Shown: in pieces, positions 28,734 to 38,463 of the stretch
Layout of the letters: each line of letters opens with the position of its first letter
Position numbering within the stretch: the stretch's first letter is position 1
Source: an uncultured Planctomycetia bacterium
Lineage (GTDB): Bacteria; Omnitrophota; Gorgyraeia; Duberdicusellales; 4484-171
Direction: 5' to 3'
Assembly: GCA_964483625.1 (NCBI GenBank)
Contig: CAZABB010000001.1
Coordinates: forward strand, 67,222-131,221
DNA length: 64,000 nucleotides
Position numbers and translations under genes: made by a program
The notes under the pieces: generated by a model
Databases searched by the model: none
Seen by the model: the letters and a program-made list of their open reading frames with translations, nothing else
Told to the model about the DNA's origin: nothing

Positions 28734-29507
28734 TTACAGGTATTTCACAAGATCTTTCTCTTTGCGAATAAATACGGTCGCTCCCACGGTAAAACTCAGA
28801 ACGGCAAAGCCAAAAGCGAGAAGCCACATGAAAAAGGACCCCGGCTGAGAATGAAAAAGTAAGGATCGGAAAAGGACGATATAGCACGTACCCGGGTTTG
28901 CAACAAGGAGCCAGCGATAGGCCGAAGGGACCATCTCCAGAGGATAAAAAATAGGGGTCATCCAGAACCAGAACATAATACCTACGTTCAACATCTGGGC
29001 GAGGTCTCGGAAATATACGTCAATCACACTGAAAAGAAGAGATACCCCTAAAGCAAACATCAGGTAACATAAAAGAAGGAGCGGGAGATAAAATACACAT
29101 TTTACGATGGCGGGCGAAGCTAAAATGAATACCGGTAAAAGCACGATGAATCCGAAGAAAAAATTCATGAAATGCGCCATGACCACCGAAAGCGGAATGA
29201 TTTCCCGGGGAAGAACGAACTGCTTGATCAAATTGCTGTTTTGCCGCAGCGAGCCGGTGCTTTCACATATCGAATTTACAAAGAAAAACCAGGGTAAAAG
29301 CGCGCTGAGGACAAAAAGAGGAAACCTCTCGATCTGCATCTTGATGATGTGAGTGAACACAAAGGCGACAACCATCATAATTAACAAAGGGGTAAGCAAT
29401 GCCCAGGAAATACCCAGAAAAGAACCACAGTACTTATCACTAAGGTTCTTAATGATCATGCTTTTAATAATATCCCGGCGCGCTATGAGTGTTTTAATAC
29501 GATTCAT
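28734..29507 (-). CDS. ABC-2 type transporter permease (Wzm/TagG-like)
   Basis: 257 aa, six predicted TM helices, typical ABC-2 organisation. It lies immediately downstream of and is co-oriented with the Wzt-like ATPase (10-nt gap). Confidence 0.75.
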   Translation of the reverse strand: MNRIKTLIARRDIIKSMIIKNLSDKYCGSFLGISWALLTPLLIMMVVAFVFTHIIKMQIERFPLFVLSALLPWFFFVNSICESTGSLRQNSNLIKQFVLPREIIPLSVVMAHFMNFFFGFIVLLPVFILASPAIVKCVFYLPLLLLCYLMFALGVSLLFSVIDVYFRDLAQMLNVGIMFWFWMTPIFYPLEMVPSAYRWLLVANPGTCYIVLFRSLLFHSQPGSFFMWLLAFGFAVLSFTVGATVFIRKEKDLVKYL

Positions 29508-30864
29508 AGATAGCTTCTCGTTCGGATATTTCTTGAGCCAGGGCTCGGCTCTCAGAGATCACATCCTCCATCGACATATACCGCCAGCTCCCGTATCGTC
29601 CGCAGCAGCTGATATTATATTCTCTCAAGAAAGAAACGATCTTCTCCCGGGCCTGTCGGTAATTCATGTCATACAGAGGGTACCCGTACCGGATATCGTG
29701 GGTGTTTGAGACAACCACGCGGTCTTTTTCTTTCAATATCCCCACTCGTTTTAAATCGTCCATCACCTGCCGTACAATCGTACGTTTATTAATCGGCTTA
29801 TGACGAGAATAGGAAACTTCAACGTACATCGAAGACGCACCGGGCGGAACAAGCGAAGGAGAAAAATTGTGAAAGAACCCTGCCCGGAAGAAACAAATAT
29901 CTCTTGCCGGAAAATAAATCCAGTGGCAATGAGGCTGCATCGTGGGTTCAATGCCAATATTAATATTGAAAATCGAAACCCACCGGAGCTGACGGCCATA
30001 TCTTTTCATATCGCGGGGAACGTGACGGATCATTTTGAGCAGTTCCGGCAAAGGTAGGGTAGAAGCAAGATGATTGAATTTCATCATCCTCCCATCTTTA
30101 AACCGAACCGTCTTCTTGATGAGGTCTATTTCAGTCACCTCGCTCTTTACGGAGACGGAAGGAAGGGATCGGGAAAAAGTTTTGACTAATGTTTCTATGC
30201 CTCCCTGCCGAGGATACCAAAAAGACGCATTATATCCTAAATTCCGCCTGCTTTCATCAACGGTTCCCTCTACCACTTGGCGATACGTAGGAATAATCAC
30301 TAAGCCTTCGGCCCATTCATGAGAAAGATCTTCCAGCTTTACGTTCCAGAACTTCTCATTATATGGGCGCATGAAGTATTCGGTAACACCCTCACCAAAG
30401 TTTTTATGACTCCACTCGAAGAAATTACGGGGGATCAGATACTTAATCCCATTCGTATGAACCCGGATAAAATCAGTAAGACATTTTTTTATCACCGGGT
30501 GAGGCAATCCGTGGAGGTTAACCTGAAACGGATAGCGATGGATCCTGTCAAACGAATAGATGTAAGCATTCCGCTTGTGTTCGATTAGATTATCACCCAG
30601 AAGCTCTCTGATAAGGGCGAACGTATTCTTGTGCTTAAAATGAAGTAAATGACCACAGCAATCGAAGGTAAATCCACCAACGCGTTTCGATCGGCACAGG
30701 CCTCCTAGACGAGATTCTTTCTCAAATAGCTCATAGGAAACTCTTTTGTTCCGGAGGAAATACGCCAGGGAAACTCCGGCAAGGCCTCCGCCTAAAATAG
30801 TAACATCTGGATGCGCGTTAAAATCTGCTCTTCCCATGAGTTTTTTCTCTTTAAGAACCGGCAA
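29494..30864 (-). CDS. NAD(P)/FAD-dependent oxidoreductase, UDP-galactopyranose mutase-like (Glf/amine-oxidase superfamily)
   Basis: N-terminal dinucleotide-binding motif VTILGGGLAGVSLAYFL...EKESRLGG, FTFDCCGHLL motif. Size and motifs are consistent with the UGM-like flavoenzyme family. The specific substrate is not determinable. Confidence 0.55.
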   Translation of the reverse strand: MPVLKEKKLMGRADFNAHPDVTILGGGLAGVSLAYFLRNKRVSYELFEKESRLGGLCRSKRVGGFTFDCCGHLLHFKHKNTFALIRELLGDNLIEHKRNAYIYSFDRIHRYPFQVNLHGLPHPVIKKCLTDFIRVHTNGIKYLIPRNFFEWSHKNFGEGVTEYFMRPYNEKFWNVKLEDLSHEWAEGLVIIPTYRQVVEGTVDESRRNLGYNASFWYPRQGGIETLVKTFSRSLPSVSVKSEVTEIDLIKKTVRFKDGRMMKFNHLASTLPLPELLKMIRHVPRDMKRYGRQLRWVSIFNINIGIEPTMQPHCHWIYFPARDICFFRAGFFHNFSPSLVPPGASSMYVEVSYSRHKPINKRTIVRQVMDDLKRVGILKEKDRVVVSNTHDIRYGYPLYDMNYRQAREKIVSFLREYNISCCGRYGSWRYMSMEDVISESRALAQEISEREAIYESY

Positions 30865-31549
30865 AAAGATCCACCGTACCTTTTATTTTCGGCCTTCCCC
30901 GCGGTAAGGGATACAGTCTCCTCCCCGATTCTTCTTCCAGTTTTTTCACAAATTCTCGCGCCCCAAGCGGACGGCCGGTGAGGGTACATTTTCTGAGATC
31001 ATCGATGACCTTGGGATCTGTGTTATATTTAAGATATTGGCTCCACCCTTCACAGGACTCCCCAAGAAACGAAGAAAGATTTTGCAATTCGACTCCCGCG
31101 TTATTATCCTCACCGCTATGAACGCCGGCACTTGACCATTTCCAATGCCAGGGTTTTTCGACGATCTGCGCCCGCACCGGGTTTCTCTCAATATGCCTTA
31201 TAACCTCCCGGAGGTGCTTCTTATCGACAACACACGAATTAAATCGCCCCTGCCAGAGATGTCCTTTCGCTTTGATCCTTTTATGGAAATATTGAGAATA
31301 CCGCATATGGGTAGCATTGAACATCTTTCCTAACGAATTTTTTTCTCGAGGAATCAGAACAAAATGAACATGATTGGGCATTAAACAATAGGCGAGGAAA
31401 GAAACGCCGAATTTTTCACTATATTCCCGAACCCATAAAAGATACCGTTCCCGGTCGGCGTCGTCAAGAAATACATTTTGATTATAGTTCCCGCGCTGGG
31501 TAACATGGTGGGGAGATCCGACTTTTATGACTCTGGCAATACGGGGCAT
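30851..31549 (-). CDS. IS200/IS605-family Y1 (HUH) transposase, RAYT-like (COG1943); no recognisable IS ends, so possibly domesticated
   Basis: MPRIARVIKVGSPHHVTQRGNYNQNVF...CLMPNHVHFVLIP (HuH motif), followed by a Tyr-containing C-terminal region. No obvious terminal hairpins or REP array seen nearby. Confidence 0.7.
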   Translation of the reverse strand: MPRIARVIKVGSPHHVTQRGNYNQNVFLDDADRERYLLWVREYSEKFGVSFLAYCLMPNHVHFVLIPREKNSLGKMFNATHMRYSQYFHKRIKAKGHLWQGRFNSCVVDKKHLREVIRHIERNPVRAQIVEKPWHWKWSSAGVHSGEDNNAGVELQNLSSFLGESCEGWSQYLKYNTDPKVIDDLRKCTLTGRPLGAREFVKKLEEESGRRLYPLPRGRPKIKGTVDLFAGS

Positions 31550-31788
31550 AGATATCGAACGATGGAGCTAAGAATTGATAAGACAAGCGACAGCCCTCTT
31601 CAAGACATAGATTTAGTATATAATAAATGCTAAGTGTGTCAACAATATTAATGGTACCTGTCCCTATTTATTAAAAGGGTTTTCCTATTATTATATGTTA
31701 ATAGTACAGGGAAGAAGGATGTCATGGATATCAGAAAAAGCGGAATTTATAAATTTGAACCGCAACTAAAAAATACTATAATAAACCT

Positions 31789-32886
31789 ATGAATATAGTC
31801 TTTGTCACCCGGGAAGGATATCAACAACCCGGAGCGCGTATCCGTTGTTACGGATTCGCCGGAGAGCTGCAGAAAAGAGGATTCCCGGCGGAAGTATTTT
31901 CCTTTGTCGACCATGCAGGGGGAAACCCTGAAACGGACAGATTCCATCTCGGCTTACGAGAGAAACTATCTCTTCTGGTCCGGGGATGGCAGGAACTCGC
32001 CAAAAAACATCGAACTGTTTTTGTCGTAAACCGGTTCAACTACCACACCTTCGTTCCGTGGGGACAAAGCCTGCTCCGGAAGATCCCGTATGTGTTCGAT
32101 ATGGACGACTGGGAAGCACGTCAGGATACAGGATATCACTTTCATCTAATTCCCCGATCGAAGGCAGATTATATGACGCGTATTTTTGCCCGGGGAAGTC
32201 TTTTTTGTCTGGCGGCCAGTCATTATTTGAAGAACTATTTAAGCCGGTCTCACAAAAAAGTATACTACGTTCCCAGCGGCGTAGACACTCGGCTTTTTAC
32301 CCCTTCCCGGGGGACGAAAAACCGGGGGAAAATTATTTTTTCCTGGCACGGTATGATCAACCGACGGGAAACCGTCGATAATTTAGAATTTCTTATTGAG
32401 TGTTTTGACGTGATACATAAAAAACACCCTGCCGCCGAACTGTGGATTAAAGGGGGCGGCATATTGGCGGATCGGCTGAAGGAGAAGCTCAATGCAGCCG
32501 TAACATATTTTCCCTGGAGCGTGATGCAAACTATCCCTCACCATCTCGATTCGATCGACATCGGGATCGTTCCCCTTCGGGAAAATAACCGGTTTCATCG
32601 CGCCAAGAGTCCGACCAAAATATTTGAATATATGGCAAAAGGCAAACCGGTTATTGCCTCACCCTTGGGAGAAGCAGAGCATATTATCCGTCACAGGCAT
32701 AACGGTCTCCTGGCGCAAGATAAAGACTCGTTCGTCGCCGCAATGGAGGCACTTATACGTGAATCGCACCTGCGGGTTCGTTTGGGAGAAAATGCGGTAA
32801 AAACCATAGAAGATACCTATTCTATGACTGCCTTGGGAGAAAGATTAGCGAAAATCTTTAAAGAAAATAACCTGAAAGAAAAATGA
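31789..32886 (+). CDS. Glycosyltransferase family 4 (GT4, retaining GT-B)
   Basis: 365 aa. C-terminal GT-B motifs (HGMINRRE...VIASPLGEAEHIIRHRHNGLL, EX7E-like). First gene of the plus-strand GT operon. Confidence 0.7.
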   Translation: MNIVFVTREGYQQPGARIRCYGFAGELQKRGFPAEVFSFVDHAGGNPETDRFHLGLREKLSLLVRGWQELAKKHRTVFVVNRFNYHTFVPWGQSLLRKIPYVFDMDDWEARQDTGYHFHLIPRSKADYMTRIFARGSLFCLAASHYLKNYLSRSHKKVYYVPSGVDTRLFTPSRGTKNRGKIIFSWHGMINRRETVDNLEFLIECFDVIHKKHPAAELWIKGGGILADRLKEKLNAAVTYFPWSVMQTIPHHLDSIDIGIVPLRENNRFHRAKSPTKIFEYMAKGKPVIASPLGEAEHIIRHRHNGLLAQDKDSFVAAMEALIRESHLRVRLGENAVKTIEDTYSMTALGERLAKIFKENNLKEK

Positions 32887-33755
32887 TCTCGATTATTATC
32901 CCTACGTATAACAGCAAAGATTATATTGCGGCGGCACTGCGTTCTTTCGGTGCTCACAGGCAAAACGGTTGCGAAATCGTAGTAATCGATAACGGTTCCC
33001 AAGACGGGACGGCAGAGCGGATCGAACAGGATTTCCCTTTAGTGAAAGTCCTCCGTAACCAAAAGAATAAGGGTGCCAGTTTTGCCCGAAACCAGGGGAT
33101 AGCCCACGCTCGGGGCGAATGGATCCTGTTTGCCGACTGTGACATAGAATTTTCGCACGATTTTCTCCAACAACTCTCTGCCATCATACATGATCTGTCC
33201 CAAGATATCGCGGCGATTTCCCCGCAGATTCTCGACGCTTCTTCACGTAAAATATTTTCCTGCGGACTCTTCATCTCCCGCCTCTATCGCACCTACGACA
33301 TGAAAAAAGGCCGTACTCAATTAACCGCCGGAGAACCATTCTCCATCCATGGCCCCAACAGCTGCTGTGCCGTCGTACGCCGCCGGATCCTGGAGCAGAT
33401 TAAAGAAAGGAACTACTTTGACGAAGACTTCTTTTTTCTGGGAGAAGATGCCGATGTCGCCCTCCGGCTTAAACACGGCGGCCACAAATGCCTCTGTATC
33501 CCGAACCTTGTGGGTTTTCATCACGGGTCAAGTTCGGACTTTTCCCCGCAGAGAAGAAGATATTTTTCCTTCCGCAACCGGATATACATGATCATCAAAC
33601 ATCATTCGACCAAAGACATCATTCTTTTCTTTTTGCGCAGCTTTATCTACGATATTCCCCGCAGTATACATTTTTTTCTTACGAACCGATACGCAAAGGA
33701 TATCATGAACGATATCCGCCGGAAGTGGAAACATGAAAAAACTCATCCTATTTAA
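32883..33755 (+). CDS. Glycosyltransferase family 2
   Basis: MISIIIPTYNSKDYIAAAL...VIDNGSQDGT...FADCDIEF, the classic GT2 DXD-containing N-terminal fold. Start overlaps the previous stop (ATGA). Confidence 0.8.
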   Translation: MISIIIPTYNSKDYIAAALRSFGAHRQNGCEIVVIDNGSQDGTAERIEQDFPLVKVLRNQKNKGASFARNQGIAHARGEWILFADCDIEFSHDFLQQLSAIIHDLSQDIAAISPQILDASSRKIFSCGLFISRLYRTYDMKKGRTQLTAGEPFSIHGPNSCCAVVRRRILEQIKERNYFDEDFFFLGEDADVALRLKHGGHKCLCIPNLVGFHHGSSSDFSPQRRRYFSFRNRIYMIIKHHSTKDIILFFLRSFIYDIPRSIHFFLTNRYAKDIMNDIRRKWKHEKTHPI

Positions 33756-34842
33756 TCCCGGATCCGGCCTCTACGGAGCCGAACAGGGTATGCTCAATAT
33801 CCTGAAAGCCCTCCGGGACGACTATGCGATTACGGTGGTACTTCCCGAGAGAGGGCCGGTGGAGCAAATGATACGGGAAACAGCGCCGTCTACCGAAATC
33901 ATTCGTTTTCCTCTGGCCTTGTTCCGGCGTTCTTTTTCTCCCCTTTACTATCTTTCCCTGCCGTTTATTTTTCTGACCGGTATTATCTATTTCCAGCGAT
34001 ATATCCGGCGCAGAAAGATTGATATTATCTGCACCAATAGCCTTCTCATCATGTTTCCGGCAATAATCGCCGCGGTAACCGGGAAAAAACATATCTGGTA
34101 TATCCGGGAGATGTTTTCCTCAAAAAGATTGAACAAACTGTGTTCCCGACTGCTCCGGGATATCCCCGGGAAAATCATCTGTGTCTCAGTCGCCATCAAA
34201 GAAAGCCTTTTCCTTCCCGAAAATATACCGGTAATCTATGACCCGATCGACTCACAGCGCCATACGCGTTTTGATACCGGACGTGCCCGCAAAGAACTTT
34301 CCCTGCCTCTTTCGGCCACAATCATCTCCTGCATTTCCCGTATCCACCCCAGCAAAGGCCAGTATGAGCTCTTAATCAGTCTTTATCCGGCATTAAAAAC
34401 CCGCCCAGACGTTCTTATGCTCTTTGTCGGCGACATATCTCTTGGTACCTTGAGGGTTAGACGTTATCGGAAGAAGATAAAAACATTCATCCGTACCCAC
34501 AGTCTGGACAATGTCCTTTTCTGGGGGCTTCGCCGCGACATCGATAAGATCCTTTCGGCCAGCGACATCTGCGTATTCCCATTCCGCCGGGCAGAACCGT
34601 TCGGGATTGCCATCGCCGAGGCGCTCAGTTTCGGCAAAACTACTTTTTTCCCCCGTTGCGGCGGCACGAAAGAAATTGCCGCAATCTTCCGACGGGGAGA
34701 AGAATTTTCCATAGACGATATCATGACCGCACTCGATCGGCCGCGGAAGGACACCGCGGCGGCCGAAGAACTTTATATCCCTGAGGAACTTTCCTTTTCC
34801 CGTTATGCAGAAGAAATACGGAGTATTTTTCATGACAGATGA
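33733..34842 (+). CDS. Glycosyltransferase family 4
   Basis: 369 aa. GT-B C-terminal domain (FPFRRAEPFGIAIAEALSFGK). Overlaps neighbours, so part of the operon. Confidence 0.65.
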   Translation: MKKLILFNPGSGLYGAEQGMLNILKALRDDYAITVVLPERGPVEQMIRETAPSTEIIRFPLALFRRSFSPLYYLSLPFIFLTGIIYFQRYIRRRKIDIICTNSLLIMFPAIIAAVTGKKHIWYIREMFSSKRLNKLCSRLLRDIPGKIICVSVAIKESLFLPENIPVIYDPIDSQRHTRFDTGRARKELSLPLSATIISCISRIHPSKGQYELLISLYPALKTRPDVLMLFVGDISLGTLRVRRYRKKIKTFIRTHSLDNVLFWGLRRDIDKILSASDICVFPFRRAEPFGIAIAEALSFGKTTFFPRCGGTKEIAAIFRRGEEFSIDDIMTALDRPRKDTAAAEELYIPEELSFSRYAEEIRSIFHDR

Positions 34843-35977
34843 GAGGAAAAAAATCCTTTTTGTTATTACGCATCTTGCTCTTGGCGGCGCCCAGAAGCAT
34901 CTTCTGGGGTTGATGAAAAGCCTGGACCCGAAAGAATATTGCCTTCATCTTATCACCTCCCGCGGCGGCTACATGGAAAAAGAATTCTCTCAAATCACCG
35001 GTCTTACCGTTTACGGTGTGCCTCAACTACAGCGGGCGCTCAATCCGATTCGTGATTGTATCGCCTTTGCCAAGATCTTCCGGTACATAAAAAAACACCG
35101 GTTCGACATTGTTCACACTCATTCTCCCAAAGCTTCGTTGTTAAGCCGCTGGGCGGCATATGCTGCCGGAGTAAAAACGATATTCTATACCGTCCACGGC
35201 TGGCCGTTCCATCGCTGGATGAATTGCGTGGGGTATACATGCTACCTGTTTCTGGAAAAATTAAGCGCGCCGGTAACGACCCGGATCATTACCGTCTCCC
35301 GTGCCGATTTCAAGACCGGGCTCACAAAAAAAATCGCCGCGCCTCCCAAATTGACGCTTATTCATTGCGGTGTAGACGTCGATTTCTGCAATACGGTATT
35401 TTCGCAAAGAACGCAGGAGAAGTTTTCCTCTCCGGTAATTATTACCGTCGCCTCGCTAAAGAAACAAAAAGGACTGTTCCTCTTTATTGCGATGGCCAAA
35501 GAAGTTATACAATCATTCCCTGAAACCACATTCTACATTATCGGAGAAGGCCCCCTGCGGGGAAAAATAACCCGCAAAATAAAAAAATGCCATCTGGAAA
35601 GAAATGTGTTTCTGACCGGCTGGCAGGACGATCTTTCTTTTTTCTACCGGATCGCATCGGTAGTGGTGCTCACCTCCCGCTGGGAGGGCCTGCCTCTTGC
35701 CTTAATCGAAGCGGTCCTGTGCGGGATACCGGTACTCATCACCGATACCGGCGGCGTCCATGATATCGTAAGGAATAACGAACAGGGAAAAATCATCTCT
35801 CTAAAAGATACCGGCCATATAGGAAAGGAGTGCACAGACATGTTGCGTGATCTGGCGCAGTGGAATATAATGGTTGAAGAAAACCGGAAGAATATTCGAA
35901 GTGACGATTTTTCCGAAACACATTCATATGCTTATATCAGAAAAATTTACGAAACCATAGCCTCATGTTCTATCTGA
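34805..35977 (+). CDS. Glycosyltransferase family 4
   Basis: N-terminal ILFVITHLALGGAQKHLLGL (Glyco_trans_4-like), C-terminal SRWEGLPLALIEAVLCGIPVLITDTGG (GT1/GT4 motif). Confidence 0.75.
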   Translation: MQKKYGVFFMTDERKKILFVITHLALGGAQKHLLGLMKSLDPKEYCLHLITSRGGYMEKEFSQITGLTVYGVPQLQRALNPIRDCIAFAKIFRYIKKHRFDIVHTHSPKASLLSRWAAYAAGVKTIFYTVHGWPFHRWMNCVGYTCYLFLEKLSAPVTTRIITVSRADFKTGLTKKIAAPPKLTLIHCGVDVDFCNTVFSQRTQEKFSSPVIITVASLKKQKGLFLFIAMAKEVIQSFPETTFYIIGEGPLRGKITRKIKKCHLERNVFLTGWQDDLSFFYRIASVVVLTSRWEGLPLALIEAVLCGIPVLITDTGGVHDIVRNNEQGKIISLKDTGHIGKECTDMLRDLAQWNIMVEENRKNIRSDDFSETHSYAYIRKIYETIASCSI

Positions 35978-36942
35978 TCAACCCCTTTATCGCCTGCGCT
36001 TGCACCCTGGTCACGCTTCTTATATTTAAAAAGATCTTTGCCTTCAGCTCGCTCCTGAAAGACAACGGCATTCCCACTCTGGGGGGGATTGGTTTCTTTA
36101 TTTCTTTTCTTTTGGTTTTCTCCGGCCATACTCTGTTACAAAAAATATCAGCCCCCCCTCAACTCATCCATATCCTGTTATTTTCCTATATCATTCTCCT
36201 GGTAGGTATTTTCGATGATATCCGAGAACTCTCTTTTCTTAAAAAACTGCTCATCCAGCTGGTATTAATTACGTTTTTCTTTTTGAACGCGAAAAAAGCG
36301 CAAATATATTTCCTTCCCGATTGGTTAAATTACCTTATTTCTTTTCTGTGGATTGCGGGCATTACCAATGCGTTCAATCTTCTCGATATAAAAGACGGCC
36401 TTTGCAGCGGCGTAAGCCTGTTGATTTCTGCATCGTTCGCCGTTATTGCCTTTTTGTGCGGCAGCATCCTGGTCGCTCACATATTTCTTATTCTAAGCGG
36501 ATGCCTTCTGGCCTTCTATATCCTGAATATCCCTCCGGCAAAAATGTACATGGGAAATTCCGGCAGCCATTTTCTCGGATTCCTCTTTGCGGCTCTCAGT
36601 TTCTACCTTGATTACACGGTGACAAAAAAAGTGTACACCATTTTTGCCCCGCTGCTTGTATTAGCTTTCCCGATTATCGATACCTTCTTTTTAATCATCG
36701 TCCGGGCCAAAAAAGGGATTCTCCCGCTGCGCAAAAGTGACGATCATATTTTTCTCCGCCTGATCGCCAACGGCACCTCGCACCGTAATGCGTTAATTAT
36801 CATTTATTGCACAACGGTAACCTGGAGCCTGACCGCGATATTGGTGGTACTGGGGAAAGGACCGTTTATCCTGGGGTCCCTCGCCCTGGCGTCCATTCTC
36901 ACGATAACGGCAATTACCAAGGCAATCTATCATAGAGAATAA
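35965..36942 (+). CDS. Polyprenyl-phosphate N-acetylhexosamine-1-phosphate transferase (MraY/WecA/WbpL family); likely initiating glycosyltransferase
   Basis: Polytopic membrane protein with IFDDIRELS (DDxxD-like) and NAFNLLDIKDGLCSG (NAxNxxDGxDGL) motifs characteristic of the MraY/WecA superfamily. Confidence 0.75.
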   Translation: MFYLINPFIACACTLVTLLIFKKIFAFSSLLKDNGIPTLGGIGFFISFLLVFSGHTLLQKISAPPQLIHILLFSYIILLVGIFDDIRELSFLKKLLIQLVLITFFFLNAKKAQIYFLPDWLNYLISFLWIAGITNAFNLLDIKDGLCSGVSLLISASFAVIAFLCGSILVAHIFLILSGCLLAFYILNIPPAKMYMGNSGSHFLGFLFAALSFYLDYTVTKKVYTIFAPLLVLAFPIIDTFFLIIVRAKKGILPLRKSDDHIFLRLIANGTSHRNALIIIYCTTVTWSLTAILVVLGKGPFILGSLALASILTITAITKAIYHRE

Positions 36943-37014
36943 ATTCTTTACCAACCCGTTCGACTTCACTCAAAAATAGCATTTGAGCGACGCCGGAATA
37001 CCAGTGAGTCTACG

Positions 37015-37779
37015 ATGGCAAAAATTACGTTCTTAGGAACCGCAGCGAGTGTTTCTTCCCGCGCCCGGGACAACACCTCATTGCTTTTCTCGGCAGACAA
37101 AAAATACGTTCTCATCGACTGCCCCGGCTCGATTGTCCATAAACTGGAAAAGATCGGCATTGATTTCCGCGCTCTCAAAAAGGTCGTCATCACCCATCCC
37201 CATATCGACCATTATTACGGACTATTTCATCTTATTCACGCCCAAAGCTATTTGAACAAACATATAACCATTTATGCCCGCCGGCCGACGATCCGGATCT
37301 TGAAGAAGCTCGTTTCCGACATGAAACTGAAAAAATCACATTATCCTCGTATCACATTCGATGAGGTGACCTTCAGACGTCCCTTCCTGAGGCGGCACAA
37401 GATAACGTTACGGGCAATTCCTAACAATCACACCGAAGGCTCCTTCGGCATACAATTCTCTTCCGGCGCAAAAAAAGTCCTCTATTCTTGCGATACCGCC
37501 CTTTCGGATTCGATCATTTCCGCCGCAAAAAGATGTGATTATCTTATCCATGACTGCACCGCATCTTCCCGCTACTTCAAAAAACATCCTCAATTATTCA
37601 GAGTACATACCAATGCCCGCGATCTGGCCGCGTTGGTCCGCAAGACGCGCGTAAAGAAACTCATCCCCGTTCATTTCCTTCTCCTGGAAAAAAACGAGAT
37701 GCGCCGCATCCGGGGCGAACTCATCCCCCTGGGAAAAAGAGTCCGAATTCCTTCTGATTTTGACCGTCTGATATTTTAG
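37015..37779 (+). CDS. MBL-fold metallo-hydrolase (RNase Z/ElaC-like)
   Basis: VVITHPHIDHYYGL (HxHxDH motif), TFLGTAAS N-terminus. Confidence 0.65.
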   Translation: MAKITFLGTAASVSSRARDNTSLLFSADKKYVLIDCPGSIVHKLEKIGIDFRALKKVVITHPHIDHYYGLFHLIHAQSYLNKHITIYARRPTIRILKKLVSDMKLKKSHYPRITFDEVTFRRPFLRRHKITLRAIPNNHTEGSFGIQFSSGAKKVLYSCDTALSDSIISAAKRCDYLIHDCTASSRYFKKHPQLFRVHTNARDLAALVRKTRVKKLIPVHFLLLEKNEMRRIRGELIPLGKRVRIPSDFDRLIF

Positions 37780-37797
37780 AAAGGGAAGGATTGATCC

Positions 37798-38463
37798 CTA
37801 TGTTGCCAGAATATTCTGCGCAGCTGTCAGGGGATCTTTATGTTGAATGATCGGCCGGCCTACGACAATAAAATCTGCTTGTGCTTGTATCGCCTCGCTC
37901 ACCGTTGCGGTTCTTTTCTGATCGTCTTTTTGCGCATTACGTATTCCGGGACAAACGGTTATCAGACCGAACTCTCCTTTTATCTGACGGGCCTCACGTA
38001 CACTGCACACGACCGCCTCCAGGCCCGATTCGGCGGCTACCTTCGCCCCGATACGGACTTTTTTTAGCGAGGCGCTTTGTGACGTCAGCTCGGTAACGGC
38101 GATAATCAGCGGTTTTTTGATCTGTTTGCTGCGTGTGTATTGCCTCAATTGCTCATTGAGGGTACGTAATGTCGGCCGGCCGGCTTTGGCATGAACGGTA
38201 AGTCCCCAGACCCCCATATCGGCCATTACCTTGGCCGTCTCGGTCATCGTGTGGGGAATATCAAAAAGCTTCAGGTCCAGAAAAACTTCGCCGCCCTGTT
38301 TTTTGATCCAGGAGATGATCCGCGGACCAAAACGCGTATATCCGATCAAACCGATCTTAAATTTCTTCACCCGCGGGGTAAGTATTGTGACGATCTTTTT
38401 TAGTTTCTTTTCCGAAGACACATCCAGAGCGACGATAAGTTTCTCCCAGGCTAATTTATTCAT
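37798..38463 (-). CDS. pyrF: Orotidine-5'-phosphate decarboxylase
   Basis: LIVALDV, KIGL, FLDLKLFDIPHTM, FIVVGRPI motifs. 221 aa. Confidence 0.85.
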   Translation of the reverse strand: MNKLAWEKLIVALDVSSEKKLKKIVTILTPRVKKFKIGLIGYTRFGPRIISWIKKQGGEVFLDLKLFDIPHTMTETAKVMADMGVWGLTVHAKAGRPTLRTLNEQLRQYTRSKQIKKPLIIAVTELTSQSASLKKVRIGAKVAAESGLEAVVCSVREARQIKGEFGLITVCPGIRNAQKDDQKRTATVSEAIQAQADFIVVGRPIIQHKDPLTAAQNILAT

